Positions 1 through 9,005 of a stretch of 64,000 nucleotides of DNA are shown here, in pieces. The translations under genes were made by a program, and so were the position numbers. Source of the DNA: Ilumatobacteraceae bacterium (GTDB lineage: Bacteria; Actinomycetota; Acidimicrobiia; Acidimicrobiales; Ilumatobacteraceae). The stretch's first letter is position 1. Each line of letters starts with the position of its first letter. The stretch lies in contig JBMTET010000005.1 of the NCBI GenBank assembly GCA_049433365.1, positions 1,108 through 65,107 of the forward strand. The letters are read 5' to 3'. The notes beneath the pieces were generated by a model that ran no database searches, was not told where the DNA came from, and saw nothing but the letters and a program-made list of their open reading frames with translations.

Positions 1-162
1 AGCGTGCCGGGCACGCAGGTGCGCGAGGGAGCGGGAACACCCGGCGATCAAGTGGGAATCTACGCCGACATCTCGCGGGCACGTTCGACTCTCGGATGGG
101 AGCCAAAAGTAGCTCTGCGTGACGGTGTCGCGAGTTTCGTGGAGTGGGCGCGGACTCGGTGA
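1..162 (+). CDS. NAD-dependent sugar epimerase/dehydratase, C-terminal fragment (5' end outside window)
   Basis: Frame-1 ORF runs in from the left edge to TGA 160-162. The tail ...STLGWEPKVALRDGVASFVEWARTR resembles SDR-type sugar epimerase C-termini. Confidence 0.5.
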   Translation, partial: SVPGTQVREGAGTPGDQVGIYADISRARSTLGWEPKVALRDGVASFVEWARTR

Positions 163-1784
163 CCGCTTTCCCGCCTGACGTTGTCAACGACTGCGAGAAT
201 CGTCGACGCGAGTTGACCGATCGCTACGTTGCGGCGATTGCAGCAGTCGGCCAGTCACGGATCGGTGGCGTGCCGCTTGCGGAGCTGTTCACGGTGGATG
301 GAATCGACGCGTGGGCGGCGAGTTCGTTGCGCGAAAGCAGCCTGTGGACGGCCGACAATTATTTTGCGCGGATCACAGCCTTGGCCGGTGACGGTGCGGT
401 TGCGTCACCGCAACCGGTCGTGCAGTGGCGCTCCAGGCTTGCGGCCCTTGCTTACGCAGCGCGAGCGCTGGCACAAGCGCCACGACGACGAGCGCCGCAA
501 CTTGGTGCGGGTGACGTCATATTGGTTGATTATGCGACGAAATCACTGGCGTCCGAACCGTACGTGTCGCCTTACTTCGGCGCCTTGCCTGCCGAGTTGC
601 ATCGCGACGGCCGTCGAATCTCCTGGTTGCATCTCACGTCGAGTGGTGCACCGACGTCGTTGACCACCGAAGAGCGACGCTGGATGAACCGACACGGTGA
701 CACCGGACAACACGCGTTTCTCTACCGGTGGATCACCCCCGGGACGGTCGTTGTTGCAGTACGTAGTTGGCTCAAGCTGCAGCGACACGCTCCGAGCTGG
801 TCGACAGTCGTTGATGCATCGAATTCTGCAGATGTACGGCGTCTCGCCGGGTTGTTGCGGAACGACTACGTGCGCAGCGTGAACGGCACCACGTCGATGC
901 GAACGCTGATCCTCGGTTACGCACTTCGCCGCGCCATGAGCCGTGTGCCGAAATATTCCGTGGTCATCCACCCCTTCGAAGGACAGGGATGGGAGACGTT
1001 GCTCATCAACGAGTGCGCTCGTCACGATATTCGATGTGTGTCGTACCTGCACACGATCGTCAAGCCGTGGGATGTTCGTGCGGCAACTGCCTTTGGTTGC
1101 GTGAAACCAAAGCATCTCGTGGTGCACGGTCGCCACGACGAAGCCGAGGTGACCCGTGTCGGTCTCGTGCCGTACACGGCCGAAGCGCTGCGGTACCTGC
1201 ATCTCGCCCGGCAGCCGGCGAGAACCACGGCACCCGGTGCACCGGTGCTGTTCGTTGGCGGAGCGGATTGCGAGCAATCGATGCAGCTGTTCAACGACAT
1301 CGTCACTGCACACTCGGCACGCAACTCGGCGTTTCCGCTGTGGGTGAAATGGCATCCGCAGTGCGTTGCACACACGCCGGCGAGTCCGCACGTCACGGTT
1401 GTCACCGATCCGCTCGATGCATTGTTCCCACGGGTGCGGGCTGTGATTCTGGCGGCAACGGCCGCACCTCTCGACAGCTACTTGGCGGGAGTTCCGACAT
1501 GCAGCGTGGTGCCGCCGGGAACTTTTTCGACGAACCCGCTCACACCCGACGCAACGTATTTCGTTGCCCGAGATGCGGCCGAGGCGGTCGCATGGGCGGC
1601 GGGTGTGCATTCAATATCACTGACGGAGGATGCAGAACAGTCAGGCGCTGACATCGGCTTGTCAGCGACGCAATCCGGCAACGGTGCACCGGACATTGCC
1701 CAGTGGTTCGTCATCGGTCCCGACTTGCCCCGCTGGAGGGCGCTGATCGACAACCTGACCGGTCAGCGCAGCGACGCGAGATAA
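144..1784 (+). CDS. Large uncharacterised surface-carbohydrate biosynthesis protein; putative GT-B-like ulosonic-acid transferase
   Basis: 546-aa ORF with GTG start. Layout is PVLFVGG ... LWVKWHPQ (K-x-HP) ... AVILAATAAPLDSYLAGVP, similar to KpsS/sialyltransferase-type GT-B enzymes. Its 3' end overlaps the convergent kdsB paralog by 22 nt. Function is inferred. Confidence 0.55.
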   Translation: MGADSVTAFPPDVVNDCENRRRELTDRYVAAIAAVGQSRIGGVPLAELFTVDGIDAWAASSLRESSLWTADNYFARITALAGDGAVASPQPVVQWRSRLAALAYAARALAQAPRRRAPQLGAGDVILVDYATKSLASEPYVSPYFGALPAELHRDGRRISWLHLTSSGAPTSLTTEERRWMNRHGDTGQHAFLYRWITPGTVVVAVRSWLKLQRHAPSWSTVVDASNSADVRRLAGLLRNDYVRSVNGTTSMRTLILGYALRRAMSRVPKYSVVIHPFEGQGWETLLINECARHDIRCVSYLHTIVKPWDVRAATAFGCVKPKHLVVHGRHDEAEVTRVGLVPYTAEALRYLHLARQPARTTAPGAPVLFVGGADCEQSMQLFNDIVTAHSARNSAFPLWVKWHPQCVAHTPASPHVTVVTDPLDALFPRVRAVILAATAAPLDSYLAGVPTCSVVPPGTFSTNPLTPDATYFVARDAAEAVAWAAGVHSISLTEDAEQSGADIGLSATQSGNGAPDIAQWFVIGPDLPRWRALIDNLTGQRSDAR

Positions 1785-2506
1785 GTGCGAGCGCGCTCGA
1801 GATCGTCGGGCGTGTCGATGGCAATTCCGACCGACGGCACCTCGATCATCTGAACTTTCAAGCCCAACTCGACGAATCGCAGAATTTCGATGTCCTCGAG
1901 CCGTTCGAGCGGAGTCTTCGCACCGTGTGCGGCGAAACGAGCCAAGGCATCACCACGGAAGGCGTACATGCCGATTTGTCGATGTGCTCCCCGGAACTCG
2001 AGAGCCTTGGTCGTGGGGATGGCGCCGCGGCTCATGTACAGCAGTCGCTCCGACTGATCCATGACGACTTTGGGCACGGTGACACTGCGAAAGTCCTCTT
2101 CCGTCGCGATGGGTGAGTACGCATTGACGACGGCGACGTCCGCGGTCTGAGCCGGGAGTGAGCGCACGAGTGCTCGCAGGGCCTCGGGGTCGAGAAACGG
2201 CTCGTCACCCTGCACGTTCACATACCATTCGGCCGATCGTCGTCGCGCCACTTCGGCGACACGATCGGTACCGGTGAGACACGCATCGCTCGTCATCTCG
2301 ATGTCGATGGAGAGTGAACGGCACGCGTCGGCGATGCGATCGTCATCGGTGGCAACGACGATCTGCGCACGCGGGAAGACCTGCAACACCTGCGAGTAGC
2401 AGCGGTCGATGACGGTGCGTCCGCCGAGATCGGCGAGTGCCTTGCCGGGGAAGCGAGTCGACGCGTAGCGAGCCGGGACGACGACGAGCAGGCCGTCGAG
2501 ATTCAC
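1763..2506 (-). CDS. kdsB: 3-deoxy-manno-octulosonate cytidylyltransferase-like (CMP-Kdo synthetase family), paralog 1
   Basis: Motifs VVVPARYASTRFPGKALADLGGRTVI and VNVQGDEPF. I chose GTG 2506 because it overlaps the upstream stop (GTGA at 2503-2506); the ORF-track N-terminal extension is Arg-rich and unlikely to be real. Confidence 0.85.
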   Translation of the reverse strand: MNLDGLLVVVPARYASTRFPGKALADLGGRTVIDRCYSQVLQVFPRAQIVVATDDDRIADACRSLSIDIEMTSDACLTGTDRVAEVARRRSAEWYVNVQGDEPFLDPEALRALVRSLPAQTADVAVVNAYSPIATEEDFRSVTVPKVVMDQSERLLYMSRGAIPTTKALEFRGAHRQIGMYAFRGDALARFAAHGAKTPLERLEDIEILRFVELGLKVQMIEVPSVGIAIDTPDDLERARTYLASLR

Positions 2507-4122
2507 GGGGCGAAGATCGACTGCTGGCGCACCGGATACGTGGTGCGGGTGATGGACACGACGGCTGTGTCGGGTGCGAGAGCGGAGAAGTTGCGCAGCG
2601 TGTCGAGCATCATCGCCTGACGCGGATCGCCGTCGGAGTAGCCGTCGAGACCGGCGAGCCACACGCGCTTGGCCTCGCCGTAGTGGGCGAGTGCAAGTGC
2701 ATAACCGGCAACGACCGGCTGCGGGATGACGACACCCCGGTCGTTCATCGACATGGAGTTCTGTTCGACGCTCACGCCGACGTCGCGCAACGACTTCACC
2801 GAGATCTCAAGTTCACGCAGCAGGGCGGCCGGGGCGACAACTTCGCAGTCAAGCTCCGATAGCGCAACGGCGTCCATAACGGCTCGTTCGGGATGGCAGA
2901 CGACGACGGCATCCACCAGCGTCGGATCGATCGGGACGTGAGCATTAAGCCCAACGACAAAGGGCGAGTTGCGACGAATGAACATCTCGATCTCGGCCCG
3001 CTTTGCGCGCGCCTCGGGGCCGTTGCCAACGAGGAGAACCTCGCGGGCATTGCACCAACCGGAAACGTTGGCTCCACCCGGATACCGCAGCGACGCACCT
3101 TCCACCGCCTCGGTGAGACGACGAATGTCGAAGCTCGACGCACCACGTTCGCCGAGCTTGTCGAGTGCACCGACGATTTCGGTGGGTGAGTAGCGGTCGT
3201 CCTTCGTCAACTCCATGACGTACGTGGGGTGGATCGAGCGGTTCGCCGACATGAAGTAGTAGAGGTTCGAACCCCACTCGTAAGTACGTCGAAGATCGGC
3301 GAAGTCGCGCTCGACGAGATTGACGAGGGGGGCGACGACGGCGTTGGTGCGCCCCTGCGCGGCAAGTTCCATGACGAGATATTCGGTGCGCACGTTGCCG
3401 GGACCGCGGCCCATGCCCTGCACAGTTGCGTCGGCAATGACGACCCCCGCACCGACTGCCTCCATCGTGTTCGTCAGTGCGTACGACATGTTGTCGTGGA
3501 GGTGGCAGCCGACCTCGGGACCGAACCCGTCGATGAGCGCCGAGATGATCGGACGGACACCGCTCGGACGCAGCGAGCCGAACGAGTCGGCAACGTACGC
3601 GTACATACTGCCGAACGACTTCGCCTTACGACCGAACGCCGTGACGTCGGCGAGTGGTCGATCGGTCACCTGCATGAGATTGAGCGCAACGCCGTAGCCG
3701 AGTTCACGCAACTCTTCGATGGCCGGGCCGAGGGCGTCGACTTCGTTCACGGTGGCGGCGATGCGCACGAGGGATACCTTCGAGCGTGATCGCGGGGCGA
3801 AGTGACGGCGCAACGTGACGCGCGGGTCGGCCGACGCGTTGATCTCTTTCGCGTTGAGCATGACGGCGAGTGCGAGCGAGTCGGGAACGTTCACTGCATC
3901 GATGAACTCGTCGGTGGTGAACGCCGTGGCACCGAGGTACTTGTCGGTGGCGAGGGTGCGAAAGCCCAGTTCGCAGACGTCGATACGTGCCGCCGCCATG
4001 GCGTCGACGTAGCGCGACACGAGGTCGAAGGCGTAGTCCCAGTCGTTGTAGTACCCACCGTCGCGCAGGGTGCAATCGAGGATTTTCACCGGTACGGAAA
4101 CGCCCGTCGTCACGGCTTTCAT
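2503..4122 (-). CDS. HMGL-like (DRE-TIM) pyruvate aldolase domain fused to a C-terminal Cst-II/Maf (GT42/DUF115)-like domain
   Basis: N-terminus has VKILDCTLRDGGYYNDW, typical of HMGL-like/DmpG aldolases. C-terminus has VLLVGNGPEA and VAGYALALAHYGEAKRVWLAGLDGY. Start could be ATG 4122 (MKAVTT) or ATG 4158. Confidence 0.8.
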   Translation of the reverse strand: MKAVTTGVSVPVKILDCTLRDGGYYNDWDYAFDLVSRYVDAMAAARIDVCELGFRTLATDKYLGATAFTTDEFIDAVNVPDSLALAVMLNAKEINASADPRVTLRRHFAPRSRSKVSLVRIAATVNEVDALGPAIEELRELGYGVALNLMQVTDRPLADVTAFGRKAKSFGSMYAYVADSFGSLRPSGVRPIISALIDGFGPEVGCHLHDNMSYALTNTMEAVGAGVVIADATVQGMGRGPGNVRTEYLVMELAAQGRTNAVVAPLVNLVERDFADLRRTYEWGSNLYYFMSANRSIHPTYVMELTKDDRYSPTEIVGALDKLGERGASSFDIRRLTEAVEGASLRYPGGANVSGWCNAREVLLVGNGPEARAKRAEIEMFIRRNSPFVVGLNAHVPIDPTLVDAVVVCHPERAVMDAVALSELDCEVVAPAALLRELEISVKSLRDVGVSVEQNSMSMNDRGVVIPQPVVAGYALALAHYGEAKRVWLAGLDGYSDGDPRQAMMLDTLRNFSALAPDTAVVSITRTTYPVRQQSIFAP

Positions 4123-4163
4123 CGTACCGATCGGGCCGAGGCGTTGCCGGACGTACACGTACT

Positions 4164-4631
4164 GTGGAGGCCGTGGATGACGTGCTCGCGATGCGCGAAG
4201 CCCTCGGCGAAGCGCAGTTGGCGGTGCAGCACGAAGACGTTCCCGTGGGTGCGGTCGTCGTTCGCGAAGGTCGGGTCATTGCCCGGGCGCACAACGAACG
4301 CGAGTTGCGCGGCGACCCGACAGCTCACGCCGAAATTCTCGTGCTGCGTTCTGCCGCGGAGGTCGTGGGTGGTTGGCGCCTCAGCGGGTGCACGCTCTAC
4401 GTCACGCTCGAGCCGTGCGTGATGTGCGCCGGGGCGATACAGCAGTCGCGCATCGACCGAGTGGTGTTTGGCGCCGCCGATTCGAAGGGTGGTGCGACGG
4501 GAACGTTGTACAACGTCGCTGCGGATCCGCGGCTGAACCACGAAGTCGTCGTCACGCACGGTGTGCTCGCCGATGAAAGTTCGCGACTACTTTCCGAGTT
4601 TTTCGCGATGCATCGCAACGCCGACCGATAG
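4164..4631 (+). CDS. tadA: tRNA-specific adenosine deaminase
   Basis: Zinc motifs HAEILVL and LEPCVMCAGAI. Start is GTG 4164, with ATG 4191 as the alternative. Divergent from the aldolase-fusion gene. Confidence 0.9.
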   Translation: MEAVDDVLAMREALGEAQLAVQHEDVPVGAVVVREGRVIARAHNERELRGDPTAHAEILVLRSAAEVVGGWRLSGCTLYVTLEPCVMCAGAIQQSRIDRVVFGAADSKGGATGTLYNVAADPRLNHEVVVTHGVLADESSRLLSEFFAMHRNADR

Positions 4632-4642
4632 CCTTCCCGAAC

Positions 4643-4732
4643 GGAAGGGTGCCAGAGCGGCCGAATGGGACGGTCTCGAAAACCGTTGTGGGTTTGTGCC
4701 CACCGTGGGTTCAAATCCCACCCCTTCCGCCA
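4643..4732 (+). tRNA. tRNA-Ser (anticodon CGA), long variable arm, CCA encoded
   Basis: Acceptor GGAAGGG/CCCTTCC. Anticodon stem ACGGT/ACCGT with loop CTCGAAA. T arm GTGGG-TTCAAAT-CCCAC. Discriminator G followed by CCA. Confidence 0.9.
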
Positions 4733-4803
4733 TTACGGCTGCGTCATGTGCCGCACCGTTGTTTCTGGTCGACCCCGCCAACCGGTCCTGCGCGTTCGGC
4801 CTG

Positions 4804-6309
4804 CTAGTTGGCGCAGAGAAGTTCGTTGCGCGGCACGGTGAGCGTCGTGAGATACGTGTCGGTCACCTCGACGATGCATGCGTTCGCGCCGTAGCCGGTG
4901 TGCTGGGCGGCGTCGACGATGACGAGCACGCCGGTCTCCAACGCGGCTGTGGCCTTGCGCGTGCTGTCGAGCGGCGTGGCAGCGTCACCGGTGGTACCGA
5001 TGACGACGACGGGTGGAGCACCGGCACCGTTGAGAGTGGGTCGTTGCGGCGCACGCTCGGGCCACAACGCACACGTGTATCCGTAGCCCCAACCTTCACC
5101 GAGTCGCTTCGCCGCAGCGGCAAACACGGGAAGTTTTTCGTTCACCTCGTCGACCGACTCGGCGCCCGGATCATCGAGACACGAAATGGCGATGAACGCT
5201 TCGAGCGTGTCGTCGCACTGACCCTCGTCGCTGCATTGCATGTACTCGTCGTAGAGCGAGAGCAAACCCGAGCCGTCACCTTTCGCCGCGTTGGCAAGGG
5301 CGCGTTCGAGCATCGACCAATACGACGACGAATACAAGGCTTGTGCCACGGCCGTGTAGAAGACGCCCTGAGTCACCGGGGTGCGGTCGGCGCGCACGAC
5401 GATCGGGCGGGCATCAATGTCGAGTGACAGACGATCAAAGAACGCACCGGGGTCTCCACCGTTGTAGATCGGGCATGCGACTCCGCGCCTGGCGCAGGAG
5501 TCAAGGAATGCATCGAGCTGACTCTCGAAGCCCTTCAACTGGGCGAGCGACTGATCGAACGAGGTGGCGTTGAAGTCGGTCGCACCGTCGAGCACCGCGG
5601 CGCGAACCGTGTCAGGGAACAGCGACAGCCACGTTGCGCCGAGCTCGGAGCCGTAGGAGAAGCCGAAGTACGTGATCTTCTCTTCACCGAGTGCACGGCG
5701 CAGCGAGTCCATATCGGTTGCCGATGCAACGGTGGAGACGTACGGGAGGATGGCACCGCTGCGTTCGACGCACTTGTCGACGTAGTCGCGGGTGAGGTCG
5801 ATGAGAGCGAGAGTCGCGGCTTCGTCGTTGGGTGGTGAGTCGACACCGAAGTACCGGTCGTAGTCGTCGATGCAGTCGATCGCCGGCGTCGATTTGCCGG
5901 TGCCGCGCGGATCCCAACCGATGATGTCGAAGCGATTGAGCAGCTCGGGACTGAAGTAGAAGAACGCATTTGCCGCAACGTCACTGCCGCCGAAGCCGGG
6001 CCCGCCCGGGTTGACGAGCATCGAGCCGATGCGACGCGCGGGCTCGGCCGCGGGACGACGTACGACGTACAACGAAAAATCTCCGAGATCGGGTTGTGCA
6101 TAGTCGTACGGCACCGCGAGTCGACCGCAATCGAGCTCCTCGTCATCGGGGCATGGGGACCAGTCGATCGTGTAGTCGCGTTGCGGCAACGTGGTGGACG
6201 AATCGTTGCGCGGTGCCGTGTCGTCGGACGACTCGAGGATGACCGATCCACCGCATGCAGTGGCGACGAGGGTGAGTGTGAGAAACAGGGCAACGAGACG
6301 GCGACGCAC
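4804..6309 (-). CDS. Secreted alpha/beta-hydrolase lipoprotein (S33 tripeptidyl-aminopeptidase-like)
   Basis: Signal peptide with lipobox LVATAC, then NPGGPGFGG and IGWDPRGTGKSTP as in prolyl/tripeptidyl aminopeptidases. Confidence 0.8.
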   Translation of the reverse strand: MRRRLVALFLTLTLVATACGGSVILESSDDTAPRNDSSTTLPQRDYTIDWSPCPDDEELDCGRLAVPYDYAQPDLGDFSLYVVRRPAAEPARRIGSMLVNPGGPGFGGSDVAANAFFYFSPELLNRFDIIGWDPRGTGKSTPAIDCIDDYDRYFGVDSPPNDEAATLALIDLTRDYVDKCVERSGAILPYVSTVASATDMDSLRRALGEEKITYFGFSYGSELGATWLSLFPDTVRAAVLDGATDFNATSFDQSLAQLKGFESQLDAFLDSCARRGVACPIYNGGDPGAFFDRLSLDIDARPIVVRADRTPVTQGVFYTAVAQALYSSSYWSMLERALANAAKGDGSGLLSLYDEYMQCSDEGQCDDTLEAFIAISCLDDPGAESVDEVNEKLPVFAAAAKRLGEGWGYGYTCALWPERAPQRPTLNGAGAPPVVVIGTTGDAATPLDSTRKATAALETGVLVIVDAAQHTGYGANACIVEVTDTYLTTLTVPRNELLCAN

Positions 6310-6337
6310 TTCCTCAGCCTAGATTTGGCCCACTGCC

Positions 6338-7669
6338 ATGTCCGCCGACGACCTTGACGATGTGTGGGACGATGAGGACGAAGACGAGTCCGAAGACGAG
6401 GTAGATGGTGAACTCACCTATTCGGTGACGGAATTCCTCGATGAAGTGCAGGGCGTACTCACCCGTGAGCTGCGCGGGGCGTGGGTGCAGGGTGAAATCG
6501 CCGATTTCAAGCCGACCCGGTCGGGGCACACGTACTTTTCGCTCATTGAAGAGGACGACGAGGGTCGACGGTGCGTCCTCAACGTCAACTACTGGCGCGG
6601 GAAACAGGCCCAACTCACTCCGAAGCTCGCCCGGCACGGTCTCGTACTGGCCGACGGGCTGCAGGTGCGGCTGCGGTGCACGCCGAACATTTACAAGGTG
6701 CGCGGGTCGTTCAGCGTGTCACTCGACGACATCGACCCACGCCACTCGTTGGGAGAGCTGCTCGGCAAGCGCGACGCGTTGTTGCGCAAGTTGCGCGAGG
6801 AGGGATTGTTCGACCTCAACCGGCAGCTCGATCTACCCCGGGTGCCACTGCGCATCGCACTCGTGACGAGTCGCGGAACGGCCGCGCACGCCGACGTGAT
6901 GAAGACGTTCATCCAGTCGCAGCTTGGTTTCAGCATCTTCGAATACGACGTGCGCGTGCAGGGTGACGAAGCCGCGGAGATGGTTGCCGATGCCGTTCGG
7001 GCGGCGAGCATGCGCAAGGACATCGACGTCGTGATGATCGTGCGCGGAGGAGGAGCGAAGAACGAACTCGCCACCTTCGACGACGAACGGATTGCGGTGG
7101 CAATCGCCCGGTGCGCGCACCCGGTCGTCACCGGTATCGGGCACGAGATCGACCTCAGCGTCGCCGACGAAGTGGCTTTCGAGCATCACAAGACCCCGAC
7201 GTTTTGTGCCGTCGCTCTCATTCGCCGTGTCGAGGAGTTTCTTGCCGAGGTGAATGAGGCATGGACCCGTATCGCCCGTGAAGCAAACGATTCCCTCGAT
7301 CTCGCACTTGCCGAACTTGATACAACGTCGGCGTCGTTGCGCAGTGCGGTTCTCGGCGCGCTCGGCTCGTCGGAACGGCGCATGGCGGTGAATGTCGATC
7401 GTCTGCGACGCGGCGGTGCGCGCCGGCTCGAGCAGGCAACGGCACTCGTCGATACGCATGCCGCCCGCGTGCGACTGCTCGACCCGCAAACGATGCTCGG
7501 TCGGGGTTGGAGCATCACGACCGACGCGTCGGGCCGTGCGGTGCGTGATGCCGCACGACTGAAAGTCGGTGACTCATTGACCACACGCGTCGCGAACGGA
7601 ACCGTGACGAGCACCGTTACCGGCACGAGCGATGCGACGCCCGCCGACACCGAGCCACGAAGCAAGTGA
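6338..7669 (+). CDS. xseA: Exodeoxyribonuclease VII large subunit
   Basis: OB-fold N-terminus YSVTEFLDEVQGVLTRELRGAWVQGEIADFKPTRSGHTYFSL. Followed directly by xseB. Confidence 0.9.
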   Translation: MSADDLDDVWDDEDEDESEDEVDGELTYSVTEFLDEVQGVLTRELRGAWVQGEIADFKPTRSGHTYFSLIEEDDEGRRCVLNVNYWRGKQAQLTPKLARHGLVLADGLQVRLRCTPNIYKVRGSFSVSLDDIDPRHSLGELLGKRDALLRKLREEGLFDLNRQLDLPRVPLRIALVTSRGTAAHADVMKTFIQSQLGFSIFEYDVRVQGDEAAEMVADAVRAASMRKDIDVVMIVRGGGAKNELATFDDERIAVAIARCAHPVVTGIGHEIDLSVADEVAFEHHKTPTFCAVALIRRVEEFLAEVNEAWTRIAREANDSLDLALAELDTTSASLRSAVLGALGSSERRMAVNVDRLRRGGARRLEQATALVDTHAARVRLLDPQTMLGRGWSITTDASGRAVRDAARLKVGDSLTTRVANGTVTSTVTGTSDATPADTEPRSK

Positions 7670-7690
7670 CGAGCGAATAGGGTCGGGAGC

Positions 7691-7924
7691 ATGGCGACGG
7701 AGAAGTCGGCGAAGAAAGCCGCAAAGAGCGACGAGATCGGATACGAAGACGCGCTCGCCGAACTCGAGGCGATCCTCGAGGACATCGAGGGCACCGATGT
7801 CGATGTCGACGTGCTCGGCGAGCGGGTGAAGCGTGCCGCGGAGCTCGTGAAAGTGTGTCGTGATCGCATTGCGGCGGCAAAACTCCACGTCGAGCAAGTG
7901 GTTGCAGACGTGGAAGACGAGTAA
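7691..7924 (+). CDS. xseB: Exodeoxyribonuclease VII small subunit
   Basis: 77 aa with YEDALAELEAILEDIE, typical of XseB. Sits immediately downstream of xseA. Confidence 0.9.
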   Translation: MATEKSAKKAAKSDEIGYEDALAELEAILEDIEGTDVDVDVLGERVKRAAELVKVCRDRIAAAKLHVEQVVADVEDE

Positions 7925-7946
7925 GTCGGAGTCGTAGTCTGATGAT

Positions 7947-9005
7947 GTGATTTCCGCACCGACCTCGTTGCGTGACATCGCAGCGCGGGTCGATGAGCGG
8001 TTGCGCGGGTTCCTTGCCGCCGAACGTGTTCGCTGGACCGCACTCGACCCCGATACCGAAGTGCTCGTCGCCGAGTTAGAGCGGATGGTGCTTGCAGGAG
8101 GCAAGCGGTTACGACCGGCATTTACCCACTGGGGATTCGTCGGTGCGGGTGGTGATGCGGCCGATCCGCGCGTCGTTGATGCCGGTGCCGCTTTCGAATT
8201 GATGCACGCCTTTGCCCTGTTTCACGACGACATCATGGACGGCTCGCTCACGCGTCGCGGTGCGCGAACGACGCACGAAGTGCACAAAGAGCGGCACACA
8301 ACCGACCGACTCGCCGGCGATGCCCGGCGCTTCGGTGACGGCGTGGGAATTCTCGTCGGCGACCTTGCCTTTGTGTATGCCGATGCGATGCTCGTCGGCT
8401 CGTCACCTCAGGTGTGGTCGATGTGGAACGAGCTGCGCATCGAACTCAACGTTGGCCAGTACCTCGACATGCTCGGTTCGGCGCGCACCGAACGCAGTCG
8501 CGCGAAGGCCGAGCGAATCTGTCGCTACAAGAGCGGCAAGTACACGATCGAACGACCGTTGCATCTCGGTGCGTTGCTCGCCGGACCGGAGAACGCCGAC
8601 CAACTGCTGACTGCGTACTCGGCCTACGGCCTGCCGCTTGGTGATGCGTTCCAGATGCGCGATGACGTGATGGGTGCATTCGGTGACCCGGTGGTGACCG
8701 GCAAGCCCGTCGGTGATGATTTGCGCGAAGGCAAGCCGACGCCGCTCATGGCAATCGCCGTTGCGCGCGCCGATGCGGCGCAGCGACGTATGCTCGACCG
8801 AGTCGGTGCCGGACCGCTGTCGGATGTCGAAGTCGCCGACGTGCAGGCGGTCATTCGTGCCACCGGTGCACTCGACGAGATGGAAGCGACGATCGACCGA
8901 CTCACGACGCAAGCCATCGATGCGATCACCGCAGCACCGGTCACCGCCGATGCACGTGCGGCCCTCGTTGATCTCGCCAACTTCGTGGCACAAAGGAGCG
9001 TGTGA
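7947..9005 (+). CDS. crtE: Polyprenyl (geranylgeranyl) diphosphate synthase
   Basis: First and second Asp-rich motifs: FHDDIMDGSLTRRG and FQMRDDVMG. Stop overlaps the crtI start (GTGA). Confidence 0.85.
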   Translation: MISAPTSLRDIAARVDERLRGFLAAERVRWTALDPDTEVLVAELERMVLAGGKRLRPAFTHWGFVGAGGDAADPRVVDAGAAFELMHAFALFHDDIMDGSLTRRGARTTHEVHKERHTTDRLAGDARRFGDGVGILVGDLAFVYADAMLVGSSPQVWSMWNELRIELNVGQYLDMLGSARTERSRAKAERICRYKSGKYTIERPLHLGALLAGPENADQLLTAYSAYGLPLGDAFQMRDDVMGAFGDPVVTGKPVGDDLREGKPTPLMAIAVARADAAQRRMLDRVGAGPLSDVEVADVQAVIRATGALDEMEATIDRLTTQAIDAITAAPVTADARAALVDLANFVAQRSV

